A stretch of 64,000 nucleotides of DNA from Myxococcales bacterium (GCA_021807105.1 JAKAPL010000001.1:64469-128468); one strand, 5' to 3'. Positions 48,383-59,015 are shown, numbered from the stretch's first letter. Numbers and translations are program-made. Notes: generated from the sequence alone by a model not told the origin.

Positions 48383-49055
48383 AGCGCTTCCGGAAGGCGG
48401 AGAGGGATTCGGGGGTGTTGATCTCATGGAAGGGACGGGTCGCGAGCCAGCCCGCGAGGAGGCCCTTCGCGGACGCGGCGGCGAGGCCATCGGCGAGATC
48501 ATAGGGCACGGCCGGCGGCAGGCCGAGGAGGAACTCGCGGCTGACGATCGAGAGGCCGTAATCCATCTGGCGCCAGCCGGGCCGCGGGCATCGCTTGTCG
48601 TAGGAGACGACCCCATCCTTCAGCTCTGCGTTCGGTGTCTCGCCGGGCGGGGCCTCGATCACGGTCATCAAGGCGTACCGCGAGCGGGCCGCGGCGATGA
48701 CCTCCGGGCAAGGGAGGTCGAGGACCGTATCGCCGTAGAGCACGGCGGCGAAGGAGGGTGGCGAGGCGAACGCCCGTCGAAGCGCGCCGCCCGTTCCGAG
48801 CGGCAGGGCCCCGTCGTCCACGTACGTCACGTCCAGCCCATGGCGCCGTCCGTCGCCGACGTGCGCCCGGACGAGGTCACCGCGCCAGCCCACGCAGAGC
48901 ACGACCTCGTGGAAACCCTGCGCCCGGACCCACTCGAGCTGCACGTCGGCGAAGGCGCGCCCCGGCGAGATCGGCATCAGGAATTTCGGCAGGTCGCGCG
49001 AGAGGGCCCGGAGCCGCGTACCCCTTCCACCTGCCAGGATGACCAGCGGGACCAC
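48375..49055 (-). CDS. hddC: Sugar-phosphate nucleotidyltransferase, heptose-1-phosphate guanylyltransferase-like
   Basis: 226 aa. N-terminal LAGGRGTRL...PK.L.P motif. Confidence 0.8.
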   Translation of the reverse strand: MVPLVILAGGRGTRLRALSRDLPKFLMPISPGRAFADVQLEWVRAQGFHEVVLCVGWRGDLVRAHVGDGRRHGLDVTYVDDGALPLGTGGALRRAFASPPSFAAVLYGDTVLDLPCPEVIAAARSRYALMTVIEAPPGETPNAELKDGVVSYDKRCPRPGWRQMDYGLSIVSREFLLGLPPAVPYDLADGLAAASAKGLLAGWLATRPFHEINTPESLSAFRKRFA

Positions 49056-49214
49056 GCGCCGGTCCTACGGTCTCCGCTTCCGCCTGTCAACGAGTGTACC
49101 CGTGCACGGATCCGTCGAGGAGGGCGCGTCGACTTCTGGGGCCAAGCGCAAAGCTTGAGGAGCGGCACCCTTCTCGCCGGCCAGGGCCGCGCCTCACCGG
49201 GGTCCTCTGCTTAC

Positions 49215-49492
49215 CCCGTCTTATTCACCCCGTCTTATTCACCCCGTCTTATTCACGGTCCGGCTGCTGCGGCGTCCGATCCCGCGCCTCCCGAAGGGGG
49301 CGGCTTGCCACCCCTACAACACCATGGGGGGGGGTGTGCTCGCTCCGTACCTCCTCGCGGGGGGGTTGCTACCCTCCAAACGACTTCGGGGGGAGGTGCT
49401 GTACGCCCGCCTCGTCGGTCGTCGCTCTCGCTTGCCCTTCTCGGCTCGCGGTCTAGAAACGCCTCGCTACGCCGTACCGTGAACAAGACGGG
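49215..49492 (-). mobile_element. Family-A MITE copy A4 (278 bp variant), flanked by CTTAC/CTTAC
   Basis: Opposite orientation. The terminal 14-mer CCCGTCTTATTCAC is triplicated in tandem (49215-49256). Carries both internal hairpin modules. 5-bp repeats at 49210-49214 and 49493-49497. Confidence 0.85.
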
Positions 49493-49687
49493 CTTACGGA
49501 CGGATTGCGGCAGCGCTGGCGAGCTTCCGAACGAGTCGCTGAACTGCGCCGCCAGGAGCATTCGAGGCTCGTCAAGGCGGGCGGCGCCGCCCGCCGCCCG
49601 CGCCGCGCTGCTCGTGCGGGCGGACCGCCCTTGGACGCCACCCGCCGCTGCTGGTAGTTTGCCGCCGCCGTTCGTCAGGAGGATCCC

Positions 49688-52348
49688 ATGTTCGCATTGC
49701 TCGCGCTCGCGTTCGCCGCTACCCCCTCGCTGGCCCCGGGGTATGTCTCCGGGCGCAACCCGAAGGCGTACCGCCTCTCCGGCGACGCCGTGCCGCGCGC
49801 CTACCGGATCGCCTTCGACGTGCAGCCCGCGATGGGGACGTTCTCGGGCGCGGAGGAGATCGCGGTCGATCTGCGCCGGCCCGCACGAGAGGTCGTGCTC
49901 CACGCCGCGGACTTGCAGATCACCGACGCGAGGATCGAGCAGCCGGGCGATGGGCCGCCTCAACAGGCGGCGATCGTGCCGCACGCCGAGAGCGAGACCC
50001 TCTCGATGATCGTCGCACGACCGCTGCCGGTCGGTCCAGCGCTCCTGAAGGTCGCCTTCCGCGCCAGGCTGCGCGACGACCTGCGTGGTCTCTACCTCGT
50101 CGAGGCGAAGGACGGCAGCCGGTACGCCTTCACCCAGTTCGAGCCGGCCGACGCGCGCCGGGCCTTCCCCTGCTTCGACGAGCCGGCGTTCAAGGCGACC
50201 TACGACGTGAGCGTGACCGTGCCGCCGGGGATGCAGGCGGTGGGGAACGGTCCCGCGCTGCCGTCGCCGACGGACCCGAGGACCGGCGCCGTCACTTGGA
50301 GGTTCGCGACGACCCCGCCGATCTCGACCTACCTCGTCGCGCTCGCCGTCGGGCGTTTCTCGTCGATCGGTCCGAAGACCGCGGGAGCCCACGGGACGCC
50401 GATCCAGGTGGTCACGCTCCCGGGCGAGGAGGCGCTCGGCACCGAGGCGCTCGCGGACGCGGCCGCGCTGCTCCCTTGGTACGAACGCCAGTTCGGCATC
50501 CCCTACCCGTACGCGAAGCTCGACCTGGTGGCCGTCCCCGACTTCGAGGCCGGGGCGATGGAGAACGCGGGCGCGATCTTCTTCCGCGACCGCGACCTGC
50601 TCCTCGACTCCGCCCACGCCTCGGTCCAGCAGCAGAAAACGGTCGCGATCGTCGTCGCGCACGAGATGGCCCACCAGTGGTTCGGCGACCTCGTCACGAT
50701 GAAGTGGTGGGACGACCTCTGGCTCAACGAGGCGTTCGCGAGCCTGATGGAGAACGAGAGCGTCGCGGCGCTGCACCCGGCATGGAAGATCTGGGACCTG
50801 TTCCGGGCGGAGAGTGAAGGGGCGCTCTACGACGACGCGCTGAAGACGACCCACGCGATCCACTCCCCGGTCGCGACCGTCGAAGAGGCGAACGAGGCGT
50901 TCGACGACATCACGTATATCAAAGGGCAGGCATGCCTGCGCATGATCGAGCGATTCCTCGGCCCCAAAGGCTGGTGGGGTGGCATTCACGACTACCTCGC
51001 CTCGCACGCGCTCGGGAACGCGACCGAGGAGGACCTCTGGCAGGCGCTCGCCGCGGCGAGCCGGCAGCCGGTGGGCGCCATCGCGAAGAGCTGGTTCGAG
51101 CAGCCCGGCTACCCGCTCCTCTCCGTGCGGCGCAGGGGCAAGAGGCTCGATTACTCCCAGCGCCGCTTCTTCCTGAACCCGAAGGACGCGAGCGATTCGA
51201 AGGCGCTCTGGCAGGTCCCGGCGTGCGTGAAGACCGGCGGCCGGAGCACGACCGCGACGACCTGCGCGTTGTTGTCGTCGGAGGCGGGCTCCATCGAGCT
51301 TCCAGGCGCGCGCTGGGCGGACGCGAGCGCAGAGGGCGCCGGGTTCTACCGGGTGGCGTACGCGCCTCCCGACCTCGCCGCGCTCCACACGCCGCTGCGG
51401 GCGGGGACGCTTTCGGCCCCCGAGCAGATCGCCCTGCTCGCCGACACCTGGGCGCTCGCGCGCGCGGGCGCGTCGGGTCTCGCGCCCTTGCTGTCGTTGG
51501 TCGCCGACCTGCCCGCGCTGCGGAGCGCGCCGGTCGCCGGCGAGGTCGCCGGGGATCTCGCCACGCTGGAGCGGCGGCTGCTCGCGCCGAGGGACCGGCC
51601 GCGCTTCGCGGCGTTCGTCGAATCCCTCTTTGGACCGACCCTCGCGGGGCTCGGCTGGGATTCACCGCCGGGGGAGGACCCCGAGCGGCGCGAGCTGCGC
51701 GCGACGGCGATCTCGACGCTGGGCGTGATCGCGCGCGATCCGGCGGTCGTCGCCGAGGCGCAGCGGCGCCTGGGCGCCTGGGAGAAGGACCCGAAGGCGC
51801 TCGACGGAAGCCTCGTCGGCGCGCTGCTCGGGATCGCGGCGCGCCACGGCGACGCGGCGCTGTGGGACGACTTCGAGCTGCGCATGTCCGCGGCGGCGAC
51901 GCCCGAGGAGCACGACCATTTTCTCTACGCGCTCGCGGAGTTCCGCCGGCCCGAGCTGATCCGCAAGAGCCTCGCGCTCGCGGTCTCGGGCAAGATCCGC
52001 AAGCAGGACACGGCCGGCTTCCTCGGAGCGCTCCTGCGCCAGCGGGACGCCACGGACGCGACCTGGGCGTTCGTGACGAGTCACTGGCCTGAGGTCGTCG
52101 CGCGCTCGACGCCGCAGTCGCTCGCCTGGCGCTTCCTGCCATCCGTGGGCTCGCTCTGCACCCCGAAGGCCCGCGAAAAGGCCGCGTCGTTCTTCGCCGC
52201 CCACCCGGTCGAGGCGGGCGGCCGGCCGCTCGCGAACGCCCTGGAGAGCATCGACCTTTGCGTGCGGCTCCAGAAGCTTCACGCGGGCGAGTTGGGGAAG
52301 TGGCTGGCGCGCCGACCGCGCCCGGCGCGCCCAACCGCCGCGCGCTGA
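49688..52348 (+). CDS. pepN: M1-family aminopeptidase N (secreted)
   Basis: 886 aa. Signal peptide, GAMEN exopeptidase motif, zinc site HEMAHQWFGDLVTMKWWDDLWLNEAFA. Confidence 0.92.
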   Translation: MFALLALAFAATPSLAPGYVSGRNPKAYRLSGDAVPRAYRIAFDVQPAMGTFSGAEEIAVDLRRPAREVVLHAADLQITDARIEQPGDGPPQQAAIVPHAESETLSMIVARPLPVGPALLKVAFRARLRDDLRGLYLVEAKDGSRYAFTQFEPADARRAFPCFDEPAFKATYDVSVTVPPGMQAVGNGPALPSPTDPRTGAVTWRFATTPPISTYLVALAVGRFSSIGPKTAGAHGTPIQVVTLPGEEALGTEALADAAALLPWYERQFGIPYPYAKLDLVAVPDFEAGAMENAGAIFFRDRDLLLDSAHASVQQQKTVAIVVAHEMAHQWFGDLVTMKWWDDLWLNEAFASLMENESVAALHPAWKIWDLFRAESEGALYDDALKTTHAIHSPVATVEEANEAFDDITYIKGQACLRMIERFLGPKGWWGGIHDYLASHALGNATEEDLWQALAAASRQPVGAIAKSWFEQPGYPLLSVRRRGKRLDYSQRRFFLNPKDASDSKALWQVPACVKTGGRSTTATTCALLSSEAGSIELPGARWADASAEGAGFYRVAYAPPDLAALHTPLRAGTLSAPEQIALLADTWALARAGASGLAPLLSLVADLPALRSAPVAGEVAGDLATLERRLLAPRDRPRFAAFVESLFGPTLAGLGWDSPPGEDPERRELRATAISTLGVIARDPAVVAEAQRRLGAWEKDPKALDGSLVGALLGIAARHGDAALWDDFELRMSAAATPEEHDHFLYALAEFRRPELIRKSLALAVSGKIRKQDTAGFLGALLRQRDATDATWAFVTSHWPEVVARSTPQSLAWRFLPSVGSLCTPKAREKAASFFAAHPVEAGGRPLANALESIDLCVRLQKLHAGELGKWLARRPRPARPTAAR

Positions 52349-52436
52349 CGGGCGGCTGGCGAGGCGCACCGGCGATCGAGAGGGTACGGCAAGTCCTCCC
52401 GGGAACTCCCCGGGGGGGAGGACCCTCCAACCTCGC

Positions 52437-54188
52437 TCAGGCCAACTCCCGGATGGCGGCGAGGAACTGCGGGCCGTAACTCGCGAGCCGCGCGGGACCG
52501 ACGCCGGAGATCGCGAGCAACGCCTCGGGGGTGGACGGACGGCGCGCGGCCATCTCCAGCAATGTCGTGTCGTGGAAGACCATGAACGGCGGGATCCCCT
52601 TCTCGTCCGCGATCTTACGGCGCACCGCGCGCAGGCGCGCAAAGAGGGCGCCGTCGGAGTCCAGCGGCGAGGCGGCGAGCGCGTCCCGCTCTCTTCGCGC
52701 CGGCAGCGGTGCGGCCGCGCCCTTCTTGCGCCGAGGCGCAGGCGCGGCGCTCCCGAGCAGGTCCGCGCGAGCGCAGATGTCGCAGGAGGCCCCGCAGGGC
52801 GCAATCGTCTGACCGAAGTAGCCGGTGAGCGCCTGGTGGCGGCATCCCTGCCGCTCGGCGAAGCGGAACATCTCGCGGGTGCGCCGCCGGTGCCACTCGC
52901 CCACGGCTTCGTCATCGGCCTCGTCCGCGAACCGATCGTAGGTCATCACGTCCGCCCACGAGAAGAAGAGCACGCAGTCCGAAGGCAGCCCGTCGCGGCC
53001 CGCCCGGCCGATCTCCTGGTAGTAGCCCTCGAGCGAGCGCGGCATGTCGCGGTGGAAGACGAAGCGGACGTCCGGCTTGTCGATCCCCATCCCGAAGGCG
53101 ATGGTCGCGACCACCACGTCGAGGTCGTCACGGCGAAACGCCTCCTGCGTCCGCGCGCGCGTCCCGGGATCGAGCCCGGCGTGGTAGGGAGCCGCCGAGA
53201 CGCCATGGTCGCGCAAGAACTCCGCCGTCGCCTCGGCCGTCTTGCGCGACAGGCAGTAGACGATCCCGCTCTGTCCCGGCCGGGCAAGCACGAGTCTCAG
53301 GATCGCCTCGCGCACCTGGGGCACGCCGCCGTCCCCTTTCTTGTAGGCGTGCAGGGCCAGGTTCGGGCGGAAGAACGAGCCGGAGACGTGGAGCGGATCG
53401 ATCATGCCGAGCTGTTCGACGATATCCACCGTCACCGCCCGCGTCGCGGTCGCGGTGAGCGCGAGGACGGGCACACCCGAGAAGCGGCGCTTGAGGCCGG
53501 CGAGCTTGCGGTAGGCGGGCCGGAAGTCGTGGCCCCACTGGCTGATGCAGTGGGCCTCGTCGACGGCGATCAGGGAGAGCGGGACGCCGGTGAGCGCCCC
53601 GTCCACCAGCGCATCGAGCCCCTCCGGCGCGGCGTAGATCAGCTCCACCTCGCCGCGCCGCAACGCGGCGACGCGCGCGCGCCGCTCGTCGGGCTCGACG
53701 GTCGAGTTCAGATACGTCGCGCGGAGCCCCGCCTCGGTGAGCGCGTCGACCTGGTCCTTCATCAGCGCGATGAGGGGGGAGACCACGAGCGCCGTGCCGC
53801 CGAGCATCCGCGCCGGGAGTTGAAAGGTGATCGACTTGCCCGCGCCGGTCGGCATCACCCCGACGCAGTCGCGGCCGGCGAGCACCGCCCGAACGATCGG
53901 CTCCTGCCCTGGCCGGAAGGCCGCGTAGCCAAACACCGCGCGCAGCGCCTCGGCCGGCGAGGACGGCGGCGGCGGCCGGCGCAGCTCGGCGGCGAGTGCC
54001 TGGAGACGCGCGATGCTCTCCGCGGAGAAGCGCGAAGGCTCTTCACGCCAGGACGCTCGCAGCCGCTCGAGCTCCTCCTCGCATTGACGTCGCAGCGCTC
54101 CGTCCGCGGGGTCGCCCGAATGCCACGTCTCGATGAGCGAGCGCGCCGGGTCGCTCGGCGAGGACGGCGAGGAAGGGGGCGCGGGCAC
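52437..54188 (-). CDS. recQ: ATP-dependent DNA helicase RecQ with a ~85-aa N-terminal extension
   Basis: MPTGAGKS, DEAHCISQWGHDFRPAY, zinc-finger Cys cluster CRH...C..CD.C, C-terminal HRDC-like region. GTG start. Confidence 0.92.
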   Translation of the reverse strand: MPAPPSSPSSPSDPARSLIETWHSGDPADGALRRQCEEELERLRASWREEPSRFSAESIARLQALAAELRRPPPPSSPAEALRAVFGYAAFRPGQEPIVRAVLAGRDCVGVMPTGAGKSITFQLPARMLGGTALVVSPLIALMKDQVDALTEAGLRATYLNSTVEPDERRARVAALRRGEVELIYAAPEGLDALVDGALTGVPLSLIAVDEAHCISQWGHDFRPAYRKLAGLKRRFSGVPVLALTATATRAVTVDIVEQLGMIDPLHVSGSFFRPNLALHAYKKGDGGVPQVREAILRLVLARPGQSGIVYCLSRKTAEATAEFLRDHGVSAAPYHAGLDPGTRARTQEAFRRDDLDVVVATIAFGMGIDKPDVRFVFHRDMPRSLEGYYQEIGRAGRDGLPSDCVLFFSWADVMTYDRFADEADDEAVGEWHRRRTREMFRFAERQGCRHQALTGYFGQTIAPCGASCDICARADLLGSAAPAPRRKKGAAAPLPARRERDALAASPLDSDGALFARLRAVRRKIADEKGIPPFMVFHDTTLLEMAARRPSTPEALLAISGVGPARLASYGPQFLAAIRELA

Positions 54189-54488
54189 GGGGCCCGCAGC
54201 ATACCCGAGGCCTACGACATCCCGCGGGCCCCTCGTTCATCGGACCACCCGACGACCAACGGGTTGCAGGAGATCGCCCTCGGCAGCCTCCCTCCCGAGG
54301 CGGGCTTGCCTCGCACTCCCGCCTGCGTTATCTGAAGGACCATTCCAGCCTCCTGTCCGTCCAACAGCTCGTCCACCGAGAGCGACCCTGGGGCATCCCG
54401 CGAAGATCGCGCGACGCCCCAGCGGCGGGCAGGGGCGCTCGAATGCCAAGAGATCTCTCGGTCGCTCCGATAGCCCAAGGAGGCAAAG

Positions 54489-55127
54489 ATGATGAAGCTC
54501 TACATGGTCCCCGGAGCGTGCTCGCTGTCGCCGCACATCGTGCTGCGGGAGCTCGGCCTCGACTTCACCCTCGATCGGCTCGATCCCAAGTCTGGCCAGA
54601 CGTCCTCCGGTGAGGAGTACCGGAGGACGGTGAACCCCCTCGGCTACGTCCCGGCTCTCCGGCTGGACGACGGCCAGGTGCTCACCGAAGGCGTCGCGAT
54701 CGTGCAGTACCTCGCCGACCGGAAGCCGGAGGCCGGCCTCGCTCCCGCTCCGGGAACGATGGAGCGGTACCGGCTCGTCGAGTGGCTCAACTTCGTCGCG
54801 ACCGAGTTGCACAAGGGCCTGAGCCCTCTCTTCAATCCGCACTTCCCGGAGCCCCTGCGCGCGGCGGCCCACGAGAGAATCGGCGGTCGCCTCGCACACC
54901 TCGATCGGCACGTCGAAGGGGGTTCGTACCTCCTCGGCGAGGCGTTCAGCGTGGCCGACGCCTATCTCTTCACCATCCTGACCTGGTTCCCGCGCGTGCG
55001 GCTGAACGTGAGCAACTGGCCGCACCTCGCCCGCTATCACGATCGGGTCGGGGCCCGGCCGGCGGTGAGGGAGGCGCTGCGCGTCGAGGCGGAGATGCAG
55101 GCGGCCGACCAGAAGAGGAACGGATGA
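54489..55127 (+). CDS. Glutathione S-transferase (beta-class GstA-like)
   Basis: MKLYMVPGACSLSPHIVLRELGL.F, with the C-terminal helical GST domain. AAGGAGG lies upstream. Confidence 0.88.
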   Translation: MMKLYMVPGACSLSPHIVLRELGLDFTLDRLDPKSGQTSSGEEYRRTVNPLGYVPALRLDDGQVLTEGVAIVQYLADRKPEAGLAPAPGTMERYRLVEWLNFVATELHKGLSPLFNPHFPEPLRAAAHERIGGRLAHLDRHVEGGSYLLGEAFSVADAYLFTILTWFPRVRLNVSNWPHLARYHDRVGARPAVREALRVEAEMQAADQKRNG

Positions 55128-55157
55128 GCGCCGCCGTGATGCGCGGGCGCGCCTGAT

Positions 55158-55363
55158 CCCGTCTTATTCACGGTCCGGCTGCTGCGGCGTCCGATCCCGC
55201 GCCTACGAAGGGGGGGCTTGCCACCCCTACAACGACATGGGGGGGTGTGCTCGCTCCTTCCTCCTGCGGCGTGCTTCAGCACGCCTCGTCGGTCGTCGCT
55301 GCGCTTGCCCTTCTCGGCTGCGGTCTCAAACGCCTCGCTACGCCGTACCGTGAATAAGACGGG
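55158..55363 (-). mobile_element. Family-A MITE copy A5 (206 bp), flanked by CTGAT/CTGAT
   Basis: Opposite orientation. 5-bp repeats at 55153-55157 and 55364-55368. Confidence 0.85.
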
Positions 55364-55500
55364 CTGATCGTTTCCCTTCGTCCCTTCCCGGGATGAGCCT
55401 GCGCGGCCGTTGTCGCCAGGCGTGGGAGGGAGCCGCCGCACTCCGGCGGGACCAACGCCGCCGATCTCCGCGCAGTCCCGGCGGAGCGCTCGCCGATCCG

Positions 55501-56067
55501 CTACTTCTTCGTCTTCTTCGCCCTCTTCTCGGCCGCCTCGGCCTTCGGTTCGGCCACGGCCTTCTTCCTGGCAGCCTTCGCCGGCTTCTCTTCGCCCTCC
55601 GCCTTCTTGGCCTTCTCCTCCGGCCGCGAGGCCTCGGCCCCCTTCTCCCCCGCCTTCTTGGCCTTGCGGGCGCGCTTCTTCTCCTCGGTCTCCGCCGGGG
55701 TCTCCTTCGGCGTCCGCTCGACCCACTCCAGGATCGCCATCGGCGCGGCATCCCCGAGGCGCCTGCCAAGTCGCAGAACCCGCGTGTAGCCGCCGTTCCG
55801 CATGGCGAAACGCGGCCCCAGCGTCGCGAAGAGCTTCGCGAGCGCCTCGTGATCCCGAATCGTCCGTGCGGCCAGCCGGCGGTGATGGAGCGACCGCCCC
55901 TTGGCGTAGGTGATCATCTTGTCCGCGAGCCGCCGTGCTTCCTTCGCCTTCGGCAGCGTCGTCCGGATCTGCTCGTGCTCGATGAGCGAAGTCACGAGGT
56001 TCGCGAGGAGCGCCTTCCGGTGCTCCGTCGTCCGCCCCAGCCTCCGCCCGGCCTTCTGATGGCGCAT
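55501..56067 (-). CDS. rplQ: 50S ribosomal protein L17 with a ~70-aa Lys/Ala/Glu-rich C-terminal tail
   Basis: [24 protein letters not shown]...[10 protein letters not shown], followed by a [16 protein letters not shown]-type tail. Confidence 0.95.
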   Translation of the reverse strand: MRHQKAGRRLGRTTEHRKALLANLVTSLIEHEQIRTTLPKAKEARRLADKMITYAKGRSLHHRRLAARTIRDHEALAKLFATLGPRFAMRNGGYTRVLRLGRRLGDAAPMAILEWVERTPKETPAETEEKKRARKAKKAGEKGAEASRPEEKAKKAEGEEKPAKAARKKAVAEPKAEAAEKRAKKTKK

Positions 56068-56089
56068 GGTCGTCTCCCGCGCGGCGGCA

Positions 56090-57109
56090 TCACGCCTCCG
56101 GCGCCGTCTCCTGCTTCGTCGTCGTCGGCCAACCCTCGACCTTCATTCCGAGCGAGAGCCCCATCTCGGCGAGGAGTTCCTTGATCTCCTTGAGAGACTT
56201 GCGGCCGAAATTCTTCGTCTTCAGCATCTCGGCCTCCGTCTTCTGGACGAGGTCGCCGATCATCTTGATGTTCGCGGTCTGGAGGCAGTTCGCCGATCGA
56301 ACCGACAGCTCCAACTCGTCCACGGACCGGAAGAGGTTCTCGTTCGCCCGATGATCGATGACCTGCGCCGGGGCCGGGGCCGCCTCCTCGGTCTCGTCGA
56401 AGTTGATGAAGATCGTGAGCTGCTCCTTCAAGATCTTGGCGGCATACGCGAGCGCGTCCGTCGGGCTGACGCTCCCGTCGGTCGAGATCTCCAAAGTGAG
56501 GCGGTCGTAGTCCGTCACCTGGCCGACGCGCGCGTTGGTCACCTGGTAGTTGACCTTGCGCACCGGAGAGAAGAGGGCGTCGACGGGGATGGTTCCAATC
56601 GGCGCCCCCGCGACCTTGTTCCGCTCCGCCGGCACGTAGCCGCGGCCGCGGCGGGCGGTCAGCTCCATGGCCAGCTTGCCGCCCTCGCTCAAGGTGCAAA
56701 TGTGGTGGCCGGGATTGAGGATCTCGACCTGGTCGTCGGTGATGAGATCGCCCGCCTTGATCTCCCGCGGACCCGAAGCCTCGATGCGCAGAGTCTTCGT
56801 TTCGTTGGTGTGGAGGCGGAGCAGCACCTCCTTGAGCGACAGGACCACGTCGGTCACGTCCTCGGTAACCTCGGGGATCGTGGTGAATTCGTGCTCCACC
56901 CCCTCGATCTTGACCGAGGTGATCGCGGCGCCCTGAAGCGAGGAGAGGAGCACGCGACGCAGCGAGTTGCCGAGGGTGATGCCATAGCCGCGCTCCAGCG
57001 GCTCGGCCACGAACTTCCCGTACTTGTCGGTGAGCGAATCCTGCTCGACCCGCAAGCCCCGGGGCTTGATCAGGTCGCGCCAGTTCTTGACGGTCATTGC
57101 ATCGGCCAT
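56090..57109 (-). CDS. rpoA: DNA-directed RNA polymerase subunit alpha
   Basis: 339 aa ...[31 protein letters not shown]... and a C-terminal domain [14 protein letters not shown] 57109 is preceded by GGAGGA. Confidence 0.95.
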   Translation of the reverse strand: MADAMTVKNWRDLIKPRGLRVEQDSLTDKYGKFVAEPLERGYGITLGNSLRRVLLSSLQGAAITSVKIEGVEHEFTTIPEVTEDVTDVVLSLKEVLLRLHTNETKTLRIEASGPREIKAGDLITDDQVEILNPGHHICTLSEGGKLAMELTARRGRGYVPAERNKVAGAPIGTIPVDALFSPVRKVNYQVTNARVGQVTDYDRLTLEISTDGSVSPTDALAYAAKILKEQLTIFINFDETEEAAPAPAQVIDHRANENLFRSVDELELSVRSANCLQTANIKMIGDLVQKTEAEMLKTKNFGRKSLKEIKELLAEMGLSLGMKVEGWPTTTKQETAPEA

Positions 57110-57232
57110 GGGTTCCTCCAGCACGTCCGAATCGGATCCACGCGTCAGGCTCCGGGCCAATTCCCGAAAGACCCGCGCTCCACTCCGGTCCCGGACTCGT
57201 GAAGCCGCGGACCGTCTCGGTCCGCGTCCTGC

Positions 57233-57859
57233 TTACTTCGAGTAGAGCTCGACGATCAGTTGCTCCTGAATCGGCATCGTCAGATCCTCGCGTGCCGGCT
57301 GGGCCTTGACGACACCCTTGAACGCCTTCTTGTCCAACTCCAACCACGCGGGCACACCCCGGCGTTCGACCGCCTCCAGGGCCTCGCTGATCCGGACGAT
57401 CTTTCGGCTCTTCTCCTGGATCTCGATCGTCGTACCTGGGCGGACAGCAAAGGAGGGCATGCTCACCCGGCGGCCGTTGACGAGGACGTGGCCGTGGCGA
57501 ACGAGCTGGCGCGACTCGTTGCGTGTGTCCGAGAACCCGAGCCGGAATACGACGTTGTCGAGCCGCAGCTCCAGCGCCTGGAGCAGGTTCTCGCCCGTCT
57601 TGCCTTTCTGAGCCGAGGCGCGCCGATAGTAGGTCTGAAACTGCTTCTCGAGCAGGCCATACATCCGCTTGACCTTCTGCTTCTCGCGGAGCTGGACGCC
57701 GTACTCGGAGAACTTCGTTCGTCCCTGGCCGTGCTGGCCCGGCGGGTACGGACGCCGCTCGATCGCACACTTATCGGTGTAGCAGCGATCCCCCTTCAGG
57801 TACATCTTGAGGTTCTCGCGGCGGCAGATGCGGCAGACGGAATCGGTGTAGCGGGCCAA
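57233..57859 (-). CDS. rpsD: 30S ribosomal protein S4
   Basis: [32 protein letters not shown]... Confidence 0.96.
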   Translation of the reverse strand: MARYTDSVCRICRRENLKMYLKGDRCYTDKCAIERRPYPPGQHGQGRTKFSEYGVQLREKQKVKRMYGLLEKQFQTYYRRASAQKGKTGENLLQALELRLDNVVFRLGFSDTRNESRQLVRHGHVLVNGRRVSMPSFAVRPGTTIEIQEKSRKIVRISEALEAVERRGVPAWLELDKKAFKGVVKAQPAREDLTMPIQEQLIVELYSK

Positions 57860-57876
57860 AGGCTCTCCTCCGGAGA

Positions 57877-58365
57877 TCAGACGCGCCGGCGCTTGGGCGC
57901 CCGGCAGCCGTTGTGGGGGATGGGGGTCACGTCGCGGATCTCGGAGACCTTGAGGCCGGAGGCCGCGATGGCGCGCAACGCGGACTCGCGACCGGCCCCG
58001 GGGCCATCGACGCGGATGGTGACGTTCCTCAATCCCTGCGCCATCGCCTTCGCCGCCGCGTCACCCGCGGCGACCTGCGCCGCGAACGGCGTGCTCTTGC
58101 GGCTCCCCTTGAAACCTCGCGAGCCCGCGCTCGACCAGCAGAGGACGTTCCCGCTCACGTCGGTGATGGTGATGAGGGTATTGTTGAACGTCGCCCGAAC
58201 ATGCACGACGCCGTTCTGAACCACCCGCTTGAGCTTCTTCTTGCTGGCCGCCTCCTCGGCAGGGGCCGGCGTCGCGACCGCCGGGGCCGCCGTCGGCTCC
58301 GGGACCGCGGCGGGGGTCTCCGCCTTCGGCGTCTCTTGCTCGGCCTTCACCTTCTCTTGGGCCAT
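57877..58365 (-). CDS. rpsK: 30S ribosomal protein S11 with an Ala/Pro/Glu-rich N-terminal extension
   Basis: ...[46 protein letters not shown]...[16 protein letters not shown]. Confidence 0.95.
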   Translation of the reverse strand: MAQEKVKAEQETPKAETPAAVPEPTAAPAVATPAPAEEAASKKKLKRVVQNGVVHVRATFNNTLITITDVSGNVLCWSSAGSRGFKGSRKSTPFAAQVAAGDAAAKAMAQGLRNVTIRVDGPGAGRESALRAIAASGLKVSEIRDVTPIPHNGCRAPKRRRV

Positions 58366-58377
58366 CTCGTCAGCGCC

Positions 58378-58785
<408 letters not shown>

Positions 58786-58820
58786 GTCCGCTCCTCGTCT
58801 CTTTCAGCCGTTCGAGTTCC

Positions 58821-58937
58821 CTAACCCTGCCGCTGCTTATGTCTCGGGTTCGCCGAACAAATCACCCGGACGACGCCCTTCCGGCGAATCACCGAGCACT
58901 TGTCGCAAATCTTCTTCACCGAAGCTCGGACCTTCAT
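58821..58937 (-). CDS. rpmJ: 50S ribosomal protein L36
   Basis: Not in the ORF track (below its size cut-off). The reverse strand reads [38 protein letters not shown]. Confidence 0.93.
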   Translation of the reverse strand: MKVRASVKKICDKCSVIRRKGVVRVICSANPRHKQRQG

Positions 58938-59015
58938 GGTGTCAGCCCTTTCACGGCGACGGGAGAGCGCAGCCGTGTAGCACACTCCACCACCATCTGC
59001 AAGCGCTCCATCGGA

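Noticed and set aside
47822-48616. The full 264-aa track ORF as gmhB, and similarly the long N-terminal extensions of track ORFs for nadE-like, ligase, rpoA, map, rplR, mlaF, the SLT protein, UbiA and others.
   Set aside because: The upstream portions overlap the neighbouring gene in another frame and are Arg/Pro/Ser-rich. Internal starts with an SD sequence or an NTGA overlap give proteins of canonical length.
54212-54478. 88-aa minus-strand ORF in the recQ/gst divergent promoter region.
   Set aside because: Codon bias is poor, there is no RBS, and the sequence has no motif. The region is more plausibly a 300-bp divergent regulatory region.
58938-59015. Expected infA (IF-1) gene between map and rpmJ.
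   Set aside because: The gap is only 78 bp and has no ORF. infA must be encoded elsewhere, as in many bacteria, so this is not an anomaly worth scoring.
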